In this document: positions 49,601-61,762 of the stretch, in pieces
How the letters are laid out: each line of letters starts with the position of its first letter
Numbering within the stretch: position 1 is the first letter of the stretch
NCBI GenBank assembly: GCA_043228905.1
Contig: JBHGNT010000014.1
Coordinates: 14,508,001-14,572,000, forward strand
Length of the DNA stretch: 64,000 nt
Source of the DNA: Azolla caroliniana
Taxonomy: Eukaryota > Plantae > Polypodiophyta
Direction: 5' to 3'
The notes under the pieces: model-generated
The model's input: only the letters and a program-made list of their open reading frames with translations
Told to the model about the DNA's origin: nothing
The model's database searches: none
Translations under genes and position numbers: made by a program

Positions 49601-52430
49601 ATCATCCTCTACCTGGGCCGGTTCAGGCTCACTAGCCTCATCCTCTGACATCGGGTTAGATTCGGAAGTCAGAGTCGGTAAGGAGTACCATGATGCCGAT
49701 TCATCAACCTCGACATCTCGACTAACTCGGACCTGCCTTGTCCGGGGGTTATAACACTTATAACCCTTTTGCTCTTGAGCATAGCCGACTAGGATGCATT
49801 TTTCCGATTTTGCATCTAGCTTCCTCTGCTTCTCATCCAGTACATGCACATATGCAATGCTACCGAAGATCTTCAGGTGACTCAAATTCGGCTTCCGCCC
49901 GAAATACAGCTTGTGAGCTGACACCTTGTCACCGATCCGGTTCTGGATGTAGACAACTGTTTAGACTGCCTCCGCCTAGTAGAATTTGGGCATGCTCTTC
50001 TCCTCCAACATTGCCCTTGCCGCATCGATAAGCGACCGGTTCTTCCTCTCGGCAACACCGTTCTGTTGCGGTGTGTATCTGCAGCTGAACTCTCGCCGAA
50101 TTCCCGTTTGCTGCAGATAACTGTTGAATTGGCCGGAAAAGTATTCTTTCCCGCCATCCGACCGCAGGCATTTGATCTTCCTCTCCAATTCCCGTTCCAC
50201 CATGCTTTGGAGACTCCGGAAACACTCGAAAACTTCACTCTTACGCTCAATGAGGTAGATCCATGTGTGCCGCGTATAGTCGTCGATGAAGGAGACGAAA
50301 TATCGACTCCCGCCAAGACTAACATTTTGTGCCGGTCCCCACACATCTGAATGGATTAGGTCGAGCTTGTTACAACTCCGGTTACATTCGGTAGGGAATG
50401 GAAGCCGGTGTTGCTTCTCGAGTTGGCAGGTTTCACATACTTGGGTCTTCCGGCCGCTGAACTTCGGCAAACCGAAAACAACTTGTTTCGTTTGCAGGTC
50501 TTGAAGCCTCCGGTAATTGACGTGGCCTATCCGCTTGTGCCACAGGTCGATGTCCGATTCGACCTTTTGTCCTTTTGCAAACAGAGCGGTGCCAATGTCA
50601 TTGGTGTCGAGGATAAACATCCTCCCGTCTCTGCGCCCTTGCGCAATAATCTGGCCCTCTTCCTCGATGAAGCACCCAAGGTGCGTAAACCGCGCTTGCA
50701 TCCCCTGGTCGATGATCTGTCCGACTGACACCCGGTTCTTCGTGATTGTCGGAACGTGTAATACGTTCATCAGCTTCCCCTTCTGTCCGACGTGGCTCAA
50801 AGGGACTTCTCCGATGTGCACGATTGGGTGAGGAGTGTCGTCTCCGGTTTCGACTACTCCTGGTTGATCCGGTTTCTCCAAAAAGGAGAACCACTCTTTG
50901 TGGCTCGTCATGTGGTTCGACGCACCAGAATCAACATACCACACTTCGTCCGATTTGGAAGCGGTCTTCTTCATCGAGTTCGCCTCGTGCTTCATTACCA
51001 AGGCTGGCCCGTTACCGTTCTTGGATCCTCCCGATCCCTTGGTGTAGTGTGAGCTTTGCCGGCCATCCTTGCCGGCCTTGCCGGATCCGGATTTGTCCGA
51101 ATCGGTTCGTTTTCTCCAACACTCGCTTTCTCTGTGGCCCTTTTTGCCACAATACCAGCATTCCGTTGCTGACTTCTCTTGCCGTCTTCCAGTCTCGCCA
51201 TGACTCCCCTTGCCTGTGGGAGTCCCGGAACTGCTGTCGGCACGTTCTCTGTGCCTTCATTCTTGGTCTTGCCGGCCGCCTCCATTGCGTGCCGACCCGC
51301 CTCGTCCACCACGCCCATGGGACCGATCCGCCTCCGTGTACAACATCCGGCTGTCAGTGGGTGCGCTAGTTGATGCACCGGCGTGGTTCTCCTCTACAAG
51401 GAGCATCGACTGTAAGTCGAAAAATGATGGCGTAAGAACGCTCTGAACTTAGAGGCCAGCCCCAAGACAGACCTGTACCATCTCGTCTTCCTCTACGGTA
51501 ACGTTGATAGAGGCAAGCAAGTCATAGATCTCTTTGATCCGGGCCGTGTAATCCGCCACCGACATGTCCTTCTGTCGGACATTGCTCAACTCCTGTCGGA
51601 GTTGCAGCTTCCGAGCTGTAGTGCTCGTGGTGAAAACCTTCTTCAGGTTTCCCCAAGCCTCCTTTGGCGTCTTGGCGTCTCGGATGTGGCTCAACAGCTG
51701 GTCTCCGACACTGGATGCGAAGCAGTACATCACTCTGCTTGCCGATTGTTCCCACATTGGGAAATCCTTATGTGCCGCATCAGGTGCTGTTTCGTTGGCT
51801 CCTTCTACAAAACTTTAGTAGCCATCCCCAAGCAGGTACTGGTGCATCTTATACGACCAAGATGCATAGTTGGATCTGTCGAGTTTCTCCACAAGGAGCG
51901 AGCTAGCCATCCCTCTATCCATCACTTCTCTGTCTGCTGTTTTACGACCTGTTAGGGTTTGCTTTCAAGCGTTTGTCGACTGCAGAGGATGTTCTCAACT
52001 CTCGCGCTCTGATACCATGTGAAGGATTACTTGCGGAAGCGTTAGAAAACAGAGAAAGTAGGGAATACACAGAGTACACGGGAGAGACAGAGAGAGCAGA
52101 ACGTAAACACTATATTCAAAATAATATAATCACTCTGTATTTACAACTATGCTCAGTAGCACTATTTATACAAGTCCTCGTGGGACTGACAGAAGTACCA
52201 CGTACTTCAATGCTCACACGAGCATCTGATACTTACTACGAGACTATAATTTCCTAGTAGACTACACTAATACTAGGCTTCCGGTTATTGATTGGATTCG
52301 GCGAACCGGCTCCCCAGGTCACCAACTTTGTTGCTTACCGGCTCGGTTACTGATGGCTTACCGATCCGTCTCGCTTGCCGGCTCAAGCTTATTCAGCCCA
52401 TCCGGCTCCAGTTGAGCTTACCGCTCAACA
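46620..52430 (-). mobile_element. Copia E, full length but disrupted. LTRs 52018-52430 (5') and 46620-47031 (3'); TSD TAGGA
   Basis: PBS 52005-52017; PPT 47032-47045; WYVDSGASNHM protease, integrase, RT YIDD, RNase H; LTRs visibly diverged; stops and frameshifts. Confidence 0.93.
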
Positions 52431-52856
52431 TAGGACTTCACTGGTTGACGAATCCTCTAGGGAGAGGATTTCTCCAAACCAGGATTCAACAACATTGACT
52501 TGATTGGCGATAGGAGAATGGTTCAAATCGGATTGTCCTTGAGTCTGATCGAATCACCGACCATTCTTCTTTCTCTTGATCGACTAGCAGTTGGAAACAT
52601 TGTGACCAAACTTTCTCTAGTGGGTGTAGAAAGCACTAGATTGACTATTCCTCAACTTCTACCATTGTCAATTATTCCTCCTCGGCCGGTTGAGACTTCG
52701 GCGGACTCGGTCAAGTAGTGAACTTCTGCTAATTCATCGATGGTGAGTCCCATTGATTTTCGCCGAATGTCCTCAGTGAGGACTTGTCTGATTCTTTTGT
52801 CTAGATTCAGCTTTGGACAACTGTTGGCGAATGTTGTGCAGAATACCTTCCAACTC

Positions 52857-54779
52857 AAAGCACATGACATGCCAACATATGGAACATGGTGGTAATCGGC
52901 GAGATGGTTGATGTGGACTTGATGAAGAAATATTTTGTAAGATAAGGATGAGTGAAGATGGTGTGGGGGTCAAAGCACATTTTTTGAGATTGTGACAACA
53001 AACGTCGACATGGCTAATGCCAATGTAAAACTGGTTCAAAGCAAATAGTGGCAGATACACAAAACATGGTCAAGGATTCATCCTTGTTGCTTAAAAGCAA
53101 AGCCAGATGGGAATCATCAATCGATATGCGGTGCAATTGGACTGCCTGAAATTATCTACACCTAGAAAGATTGGACTGTAAAAAAAAAAGAGAGAGAAAG
53201 GATTACATGAGAAAAAGCCCTATTTAGGGAGTGCTTTGACTACTATATATGCCAAAGGCGGTGCATTGGAGAAGCATATAAAGTGTTTATGGAGCTTCAG
53301 GTTCGAGATGTTGTCTCATGGTGTGCTATTATTTGTGGATATGCTAAAAGGGGAAAGGGTCGAGCATATGCAAAATGATGGCATTGCTCATGATTAGATC
53401 ACTTTTGCATTTGGCATTATTTTAGGCGTTACTTTGATGGCTATGTATGCCAAATGTGGTGAATTCGGAAAAACAGAAATAGTCCACTATCAATGTGGCA
53501 AGGATGTGTTGAAATGTTTAGAAGTGATGCATTGTGACTACTTGTATCTTGAAAGCATGTTGTGCCCTTGGGGAATTTGTAAGGGTTAACGAATCCATGA
53601 TGAGATAATTTGTAAAAGTTTATTGGACGAGAATGTTATGCTTGAGGGAATGCTTTCGTTGACATGTATGCCAAATGTAACGATTTGGAAAAAACTTGCT
53701 TGCTTTTTTATGAACTTCATAGTCAAGATTTGGTCTCACGGTATTGGATATGTAGGCTAAATGTGGTCAAGTAAGAAAAGTACATAAAGTGCTCAAGGGG
53801 CTTCTAGTTCAGGATGTATGTGGTTTCTTGGAATGCACTAATTTCAAATATTCCCAACATAGACCTGGCCAGGAAGCATAGAATCTTTTTGAACAAAGGC
53901 AAAATGACGGTGAGCATGGATATGATAAGGAGACACTCATGTGCTATGAGAAAATGTGAGTTGAAGGTGTGCCATTGGATGCCATTACACTAGCTTGTGT
54001 CTTGAATGCTTGTGTTAGCAATGGAGACACTACGGATGTTTCATGAATATGTGTTGAAATTATCCTCAAGGGATTAGAAAAGGAGCTCCTTATCGGTAGG
54101 ATTTTGGTAACTGATGTTTAGGCTAAATATAGCCTTCTTGCAGAAACTCAACAAGTGTCTCTCAAACTCACAAGTAAAGATGTAGTATTGTGGAATGCAT
54201 TAATTTCAGGATATATTGAATGTGGGGATGTTGAGAAGGCAATATGTTGTATTGAGAAAATGTAACAAAAAGGTGTTTCTCAAGACACTATACCATTACT
54301 TTGTAGTGTGAAATCCTACAATAGTCTAGTATTCATCAAGCAAATGCATGCTGAGATAATTAAGAAAGGATTGGACAAAGATCTTCTTATTGGCAATTGG
54401 ATTGATTGAAGTAGCACGTCAAGTTTTTGACAACTTGCCAATCAAAGATGTGATCCTATGGACTGCACTAATTATTGGTTATGTAGAACATGAGCATGGT
54501 GAGAAAGCACTAAACCTCATGAAGGAGATGCAAACACATAATATCTTGCCAAATACATTTGCACTTGGTTCTAGCTTGAAATTTTGTGGTGATACTCGAG
54601 ATGTTGAGAATGGGGAAAATTGAGGAAGTGTTCAATCATTTCTATCAAATGAAGGATCCATGGCTAGCCATTGTCTTACACAAGACAGGTTGGGAAGAAT
54701 TGTCGCTTTTCTATTTTGTATTTTGTATCTGATATGCCGTTTTAAAACTAATGGAAGAATATGTTGTTTGGAAGAAAAA
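52857..54779 (+). pseudogene. PLS-class pentatricopeptide repeat (PPR) pseudogene, probable retrocopy, inside Copia B gag
   Basis: Broken PPR motifs GSALTTIYAKGGALEK, VRDVVSWCAIICGYA, DVVLWNALISGY, ARQVFDNLPIKDVILWTALIIGY; many stops and frameshifts; 16-bp flanking duplication. Confidence 0.85.
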
Positions 54780-55512
54780 GAAAACCTCCCAACTCGCCGG
54801 CAAGCTTGAGAGAAGGGCAAGGGCTTTAACTTCTTCTTTGAAGTTAATTCCTTGGGAGGAGAGTTCAGACAACTCCCGACTGAAGGTGTTGATGTGGGAG
54901 GTCGCAGGATTTGTTTCTCTTATCTTTATATTGAACAACTATCAGATCAATATGAGCTTCGATGAGGACTACTTCTTTTCGTAAACGGCTTGGAGGTTCT
55001 CCCATAGGGCAAATGTTGATGTCTCTTTGGCCATGCTGAAGTAGACGTTCTCAGCCAGATGCATTTGAATGGTCGACTTGGCTATTTTGTCCAGGGAGCG
55101 CCGTTCGTCTGCTGTCATCGAGGTTAGCTTATTGTTGTGCCATATTTCCTTGATTTGACGCCAGATGATTAGTACATCCAGCATCATCTCCTTCCATGGG
55201 GCAAAGTTCCTACCATTGAACTTCTAGATTTCCATTTCCATGTTGGATGTTGAAGCCATGTTCTGTAGGAAATGAGATTTACTGACCTGATCCTTTCCTT
55301 CAACCAATTCTTCTCTTCTAAGATTTATGTTACTATTGCTATTGCTGCCGGACTACAAGTCATTCTGATACCAGATGTTGGATATTGAAGTTGCGGACCT
55401 GTCAATGAGTCTACCAAACAATACAAGTAGCAAACAAGATGGAGTTATGCACTGTGACAAGGTTCATGAAGATGAAAGACAAACAGTTGCAAAGAGATAG
55501 ATAGATAGATAG

Positions 55513-55661
55513 ATTATATTATCGTCTTCGGAGGTCAAATATGATAATTTTATAGATTGTTTTTTTAACCCCTTGATTTTTCTTTTGTGCATTAGTGGAT
55601 CGAACTCAAAGCCTTTTCTTTTAGGTTATGACAAGAATCTACTAACCAAACCATCACACAA

Positions 55662-55664
<3 letters not shown>
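55513..55664 (-). mobile_element. Short non-LTR 3'-end fragment inside the GA tract of the Copia B 5' LTR
   Basis: Begins ttatattatcgtcttcggaggtcaaat, similar to the LINE 3' ends ttatattaacgtcttctaaggccaaaatt; absent from the sister LTR. Confidence 0.5.
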
Positions 55665-55712
<48 letters not shown>

Positions 55713-55848
55713 TTTGAGCTCAGAGAGATTATCTTACATTAGCCACCAACTTATCTTTACAAGGTCAGTTACCCACTTATATAGTTAGGTTAACTATGTA
55801 TTCACACTAGAGATACAAGGTGGGCAGAGTGGGACTTTTATCCCAATA

Positions 55849-57295
55849 GACCTTCGAGGCGTTATGGTGAATCGGGTTCTTCGAGAAGGCGAAAACACCT
55901 TGATTGTCGTTGTAGACAACTGAAGCCGAGTTAGAGTTGGCTTGTCGAAACATGCATGCCAATCGACAGAGCCATAACGCCTCCATCGCCGCATCGGACA
56001 CAGCCACATATTTAGTCTCGGTTGTCGAAGTGGCTATGTACTCCTGAAGTTTCAACTTCCAAAATATTGCTACAGTGTCGAATCAGAAGAAGTAACCGGT
56101 TGCTAACTTTCAGTTGTCCAAGCAATCGGCAAAGTCTGTGTCGTTGTAGATGACTACGCCTGAGTTCTTGTTCAGGCCGAAGAGGATGCCAAGGTCTTAT
56201 GTGCCCACCAAGTATCTAAATACATGCTTAACTGTGTTCTAATGGTGTCAGACAAGGTTGTGAATAAATCTGTTGATGACTCCTATATAATGTGCTATAT
56301 CAGGCTGTGTCACGACCATCGCGTACATCAAGGAACCGACTGCGGTGCATACAGTATCGACTTCATATATTTCCCCTTGTTGAGACAGCCGAAGGCTAAT
56401 GGAGAGCAGGGTTGAAGGAGATTTGACCGATTGCATGTTGAAGCGCTCCAGGACACGTTTGATGTAGTCAGCTTGAGACAAGAACAATTGTCATTGATTT
56501 CGGAGCCGACTAATTTTCATTCCGAGCATGTGTTTTGCCGAACCTAAGTCCTTCATCATGAACTTCAACCGCACTTGCCGAATGAGATCGGAAAGACCTC
56601 TGACATGCAGGCTAGAGAGAAGCATTTCATCCATGTATAAGATGAGGAAGATGGTTGATCCATCTCGAGTTGTTTTCGAGAAGAGATAGTGGTCCTCATC
56701 ACTCTTGAAGAAGCTAACCAATTGTATAAAATCATCGAACTTCTTGTACCACTTCGTTGGGGCTTGCTTCAGGACATAAAAACTCTTCTTGAATGGGTAG
56801 ACTAAACGTTCTTGTCCGGGTTCGATGAAGCCTTTTGGCTGTTCCATATAAATCTCCTCCTCTACATCACCATGGAGGAACGTCGTCTTGACATCTAGCT
56901 AGATCAACTCCAAATCTTCAGCTGCCATGACACTGAGTAAGAATTGAAGGGCGGTCATTTTTACCACTAGTTAAAAGATTTCGTCGAAGTCGACGTTATA
57001 TTCCTACTGGAAACCCTTCGTTACTAATCTGGATTTGAATATGGGACTTGCCGCATCGAACGTCTCTTTTACCCGATAGAGCCATTTGCATTGGAGAGCG
57101 CGTTGATTTGTCGGCAATTCAACTAAGTCTCAAGTCTTGTTGTGTCCACTTGGCATCTAGGTATGGAGTTTGAAATGCCGATGCTTCTTCATATGCCGTC
57201 GGCTCGCCGGCATCCATGAAGAAGAGTCCAAGAGAGTATCTCTCTGATGGCTGAGAAAGCTGGTCGGATCTTCGTGGGACGATTGGACTCATCAG
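55849..57295 (-). mobile_element. Copia A continuation: RNase H N-terminal part, RT and linker (degenerate)
   Basis: KNPIHHNAS, TSTTETKYVAVSDA, LYMDEML, PRRSDQLSQPSERYS; co-linear with Copia G pol. Confidence 0.87.
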
Positions 57296-58464
57296 TGTTG
57301 TGTTGTACGACGCCGGATCGTTGTGCGAATCGGGTAAAACCATCGAGGTTTTGGACTAGGAGGACAAGGAATTTAAGGTGAATAAAATTCGTGTCCATGA
57401 GTATAATGTATTAGATTAATCAATATTTAGAAACCTAATAACTCCCCAAGAATTCAACCCCCCCATTTACATTTTTCTCCCACCCTTATATAGTGATGGG
57501 AGAGGCTATGTATAGCTCGCTACATGGCAAGCATCATGCTTTCTCTAACTATAGTATTCATGCACACTAGTTGTTCATGAGTAGCTCGCCACATGGCAAG
57601 CATGATGCTTTCTCTAACTATAGTATGCATGCACACTAGTTGTGCATGAGCAAGTTTCCTAGAATATATGTGAGGATAAACTCTTGTGTAAATTTAAAAT
57701 CTATAATTATATTACTTATGATGAGTTAGTATAATGGTAAAGTTTGGCGTTGTTAACATGTAGGTATAAGGTTCGAACCTTGCCTTGTGCATTTAATATA
57801 TTTTCTTTTATCATTTTCTTCTATTTCTTCATACCTATTCATTCAGGTACTCTGTACAATTTTCACGATGTGTACAAATTACACTATGACACTCCCCCCC
57901 TCCGAACATGCACATCCTTCGGTATGTGTTGAAGTTGTTGGTATTTGTTATTCTCCTTCATCCGTAGTACCCTCCATTTCTCTTGATATGTCGATCGTTA
58001 TTTCCAACCCACTTTCTTCGCTTCCTGCATCTCCGTGATCCATGTCAGCTCGTTCCTTTGTGTGGGTGTTGTCTAAAGTTATGTCTGCTTGTTCCTTTGT
58101 GTGGGTGTTGTCTAACGTTATGTACAGGGCTTCGCATCACTTTGCTTCTTGAAAATCTTAATCCGTTTTCTTGTTATAGGCACTTGTAGTACTTTTCCAT
58201 CCAGCTTGCATAGTTGGTAAATTCCACTGTCGAATACTTTTTGAACCTCGTATGGTCCAAAACACCTTTGAGCAAATTTCCGTATTGAGTTGTGTTGATG
58301 ATCCAAACTAATGTCGTAGAATATCACCCAATCCACTTCCTCGATCTTTCGTGGTCATAATTGGTGTTTTTTGTTGAATAGATGTTTCCTCTAGAATTGC
58401 GCTTCTCACTGTCGTCCTACCGCTTTTGCAATGTCATGTGGTCTTCCTTCAAGCTGTCGTATCC
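57296..58464 (-). mobile_element. Gypsy 3' end: 3' LTR 57296-57891 (TGTCG-terminus group), PPT 57892-57901, integrase C-terminal GPY/F region ~58100-58460
   Basis: PPT ctccccccct abuts ...tatgaca; KFAQRCFGPYEV...YQLCKLDG; LTR shares accatcgaggttttggactaggaggac-like motif with 13673 and 37874. Confidence 0.8.
57720..57791 (+). ncRNA. tRNA-like Pol III module inside an LTR (not a canonical tRNA)
   Basis: A-box TAGTATAATGG 57727-57737; B-box GGTTCGAACC 57770-57779; T-run downstream at ~57801. Confidence 0.6.
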
Positions 58465-61400
58465 TGTTAGGGGCATGACCATATAATATCCCGTGGTGAG
58501 AATGTACCATAGTATTCTATACATGTGGATAAAGTGTGAGGGTTAAATGAGAGTGTAAAGAAGGGGATAATTACTTTTAATCCTCGGGATTGAGACAACC
58601 CATTAGGCCAAGTGTGAACTTGTCTGGGGGCCTTGGGTCTGGCTATAAATATGAGGCCTAGCAACCCTCATTTGATTATCTCTTGACTACATCATGACTC
58701 CATTCTTGTGGTGGGTCAACTCTTGTAGCGAGCGCACTAGCACCACGTACGACTCAATGCCACGACGGTGGTATGGGACGCCAATCGAGGCTCGAGTTCG
58801 TCTCGATCCCTTCGCTCGGGGGTGGTCGGGTGGATCGACACCCATCTATTATATCGTTATCATATGCTTACTTTAGATCTAAGCTCTAACAATTCGTCTT
58901 AGAGCCATGTTCCTAATGTTTCGTTTGTTGATTGTTTTCTTTTGATGGATGGCGATCGATCGGTGTGCGGTCAACCGTGATTCAGAAAGGCATTAATAAG
59001 CGAGGTAAACCCTAAACCCTTATTGATTCAATGATCTTGTAGTGGTAATGGATTGGTTGTATAAAACGTATACATATGTGTATGAGATCAATACCTCATT
59101 TGACATATATTTGATATGTGATTCGTGTCATATGCGTACGAGGTTAATACCTCAATTGTGTATTACGTTCACATACATATGTTACGTATGTGTAAGAGGT
59201 CAATACCTCAATTGTGTATGACGTCACCCTTATTTTTGGATGTTTCGTTTGCGTAGAGGCTATATGCCTCGATTGCGTAAAGTGTGGAAACTATTTAGCT
59301 ATTATGGTTGTTGTGTAGTAGCTAATTAGCTAACATGTAGTTAATTAGCTAAGTGGTAGCTAATTAGCTACTACCATACTTTTAGCGGAATAGCTAATTA
59401 GCTAAGTGGTAGCCAATTAGCTACTATAGTTTAGTATAGTAGCTAATTAGCTGAGTGGGAGCTAATTAGCTACTACCATAGTTTAGTTGAGTAACTAAGT
59501 ACCTAAGTGGTAGCTAATTAGCTACCACCATACTTAGCTGAGTAGCTAATTAGCTACTACCATAGTTTAGTTGAGTAACTAATTAGTTAAGTGGTAGCTA
59601 ATTAGCTACTACCATACTTTAGCTGAGTAGCTAATTAGCTACCTACCACTTAGCTACTACCATAGTTTAGTACAGTAGCTAATTAGCTAAGTGATAGCTA
59701 ATTTGCTACTACCATAGTTTAGTATAGTAGCTAATTAGCTAAGTGGTAGCTAATTAGCTACTATGATAGTTTAGTACAGTAGCTAATTAGCTAAGTGGTA
59801 GCTAATTAGCTACTACCATACTTTAGCAAAGTAGCTAATTAACCAAGTGGTAGCTAATTAGTTACTACCATACTTTAGTTGAGTAGCTAATTAGCTAAGT
59901 GGTACAACGACGACAATATCGGTTAAACCCAAACTATGCAGTCAAAGTGAAAGAAGAGATCGATAAATTACTCCGAGTCGGATTCATCAGACCAGTTAAA
60001 AAGGCAACATGGTTAAGTCCAATAGTGGTGGTGCCAAAGAAAAACAACAAAATTCGGGTTTGTGTCGACTACCGGAAACGTAATGCAGCTACGGTAACTG
60101 ATGTGTTTCCATTACCCTTTACTAACGAAGTCCTAGATGTAGTGGGCGGACACAAAGTTTATAGTTTTTTAGCCGGATTCAGTGGCTACAACCAAGTAAG
60201 AATTCATCCAGATGATCAAGAAAAAACGTCTTTTGTAATGGAATGGGGAGTATTTGTGGTAGTGGTAATGATGTTTGGGTTAAAAACGGCTCTTGCCACA
60301 TTTCAAAGGGTAATACAAGAAATTTTTAATGATTATATTCCTGCCTTCATGCAAGTCTTTCTAGATGATTTTGTTGTTTACAGTTGGAAAACAGAACACT
60401 TTGAACATTTAAGATTGTGTTTGGAACGTTGTCGACCAGGTCAACTTAGGCTAAATCTGACTAAATGTGCATTCGAAGTAACAACTGACAGTTTATTGGG
60501 GCATATTGTGAGTGAAGAAGGCATAGTAGTCGACCCAGATAAAATTAAAGCAATAATGGAGGCACCAACACCAACAAATGAAAAAGCTCTTAGTCGGTTC
60601 TTAGGACAAATAAGATGGCATAGTCAGATGATGAGGTACCTTGCTGATGTTGCAATACCGTTGCATACAACGGTACATAGAACACCTTTCCAATGGACGA
60701 CGGTCGAACAAGATGCGTACAATTGTCTAAAGAAAATGCTCTCTAAGGTTCCAGTCGTGCAACCTCTTGACTGGAACAAATCTTTTCATGTGTTCGTTGT
60801 TGCATCAGATGCAACAATTGGGAGCTCCCTAATGCAGCTATCGGAACTGAACTGGTATAGGCCGGTATATTACGCTAGTCGGAAACTTTCCACATCTGAG
60901 TGAAATTATTCAACAACAGAACGGGAAGATTACCGTTTGGGGCGGAAGTTCACCTTTCATGTCGATCATTCTGCTTTATTGTATTTAGTCTCAAAGCAAG
61001 AACTTAAACAGGAAAATTAGCAAGATGGGTGTTGCTACTTCAAGAGTTTGAATTTGACATCCTTCATCGACCAGGGGTACAACATACTGGGAAAGAAACG
61101 GCCAGGAAAATATGGAATAGTGGGTTATGGTGGCCGACAACAACAAGAGATGCAATCGAATATTGTCGACAATGCGATTTATGTCAAAGAATGGGACAAC
61201 CAACAGAAAAGGATAGAATGCCTTTTCAACCCGTATTGCCCTTAGACCCGTTTCAAAAATGGGGACTAGATTTTGTCGGTCCATTTAAGCTAGCAGTTGT
61301 ACGGACAGGGAATCGATATATCATAGTTGCTACGGACTACTGCACAAAATGGGTTGAGGGTAAACCTTTGCAAGATAACATGGCAGCATCGACAACTAAA

Positions 61401-61762
61401 TTCTTATATGAAAATATATGGTATCGATTCGGGTGTCCTATCGAATTAGTAAGCGACCAAGGTACTCATTTCATTAATAAAATTATACATGAATTATCAA
61501 CATATTATGCAGTAGTACATAAGAAAAGTACTCCGTACTACCCTCAAGCTAATGGGCTAGCAGAATCCACAAATAAAACACTTCAAATGATTCTGAAGAA
61601 AATAGTGAATAAGAATAGGACAGATTAGAACCAGAAGCTAAATAGTGCTTTATGGGCCTATCGTACATAATATAAAACAACTATTAAATGCACTCCATTT
61701 AGGATGGCATTTGGATTAGAAGCAGTAATGCCGATAGAATTTCAAGTTCCGACACTCCGCGT
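58465..61762 (+). mobile_element. Deleted Gypsy element: LTR-like leader from 58465, tandem array, then RT, RNase H and integrase (59899-61762)
   Basis: TG terminus; TATA ggctataaat at 58641; WLSPIVVVPKK, RVCVDYRK, FLDD, PVYYASR, WGLDFVGP, PQANGLAES; gag and protease missing; the link between leader and pol is inferred. Confidence 0.75.
59296..59904. repeat. Tandem array of ~52-bp units, each with two AGCTAATTAGCT palindromes
   Basis: Unit agctaattagct-aagtggt-agctaattagct-actaccatagtttagtatagt, repeated with variants. Confidence 0.92.

Larger units (their letters stand above)
11934..55848 (-). mobile_element. Copia B (degenerate host of the nest). 3' LTR split into 11934-12098 and ~30437-30599; 5' LTR 55376-55848; PBS ~55364-55372
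   Basis: LTR halves match 55376-55848; PPT at 30600-30611; RNase H and RT ~44670-46270; integrase deleted; protease ~46270-46619; gag 52431-52856 and 54780-55260; degenerate TSD gtgct/gacct. Confidence 0.82.

Noticed and set aside
59007-59020. Telomere-like aaaccctaaaccct
   Set aside because: Only two units; a common telo-box or chance motif.
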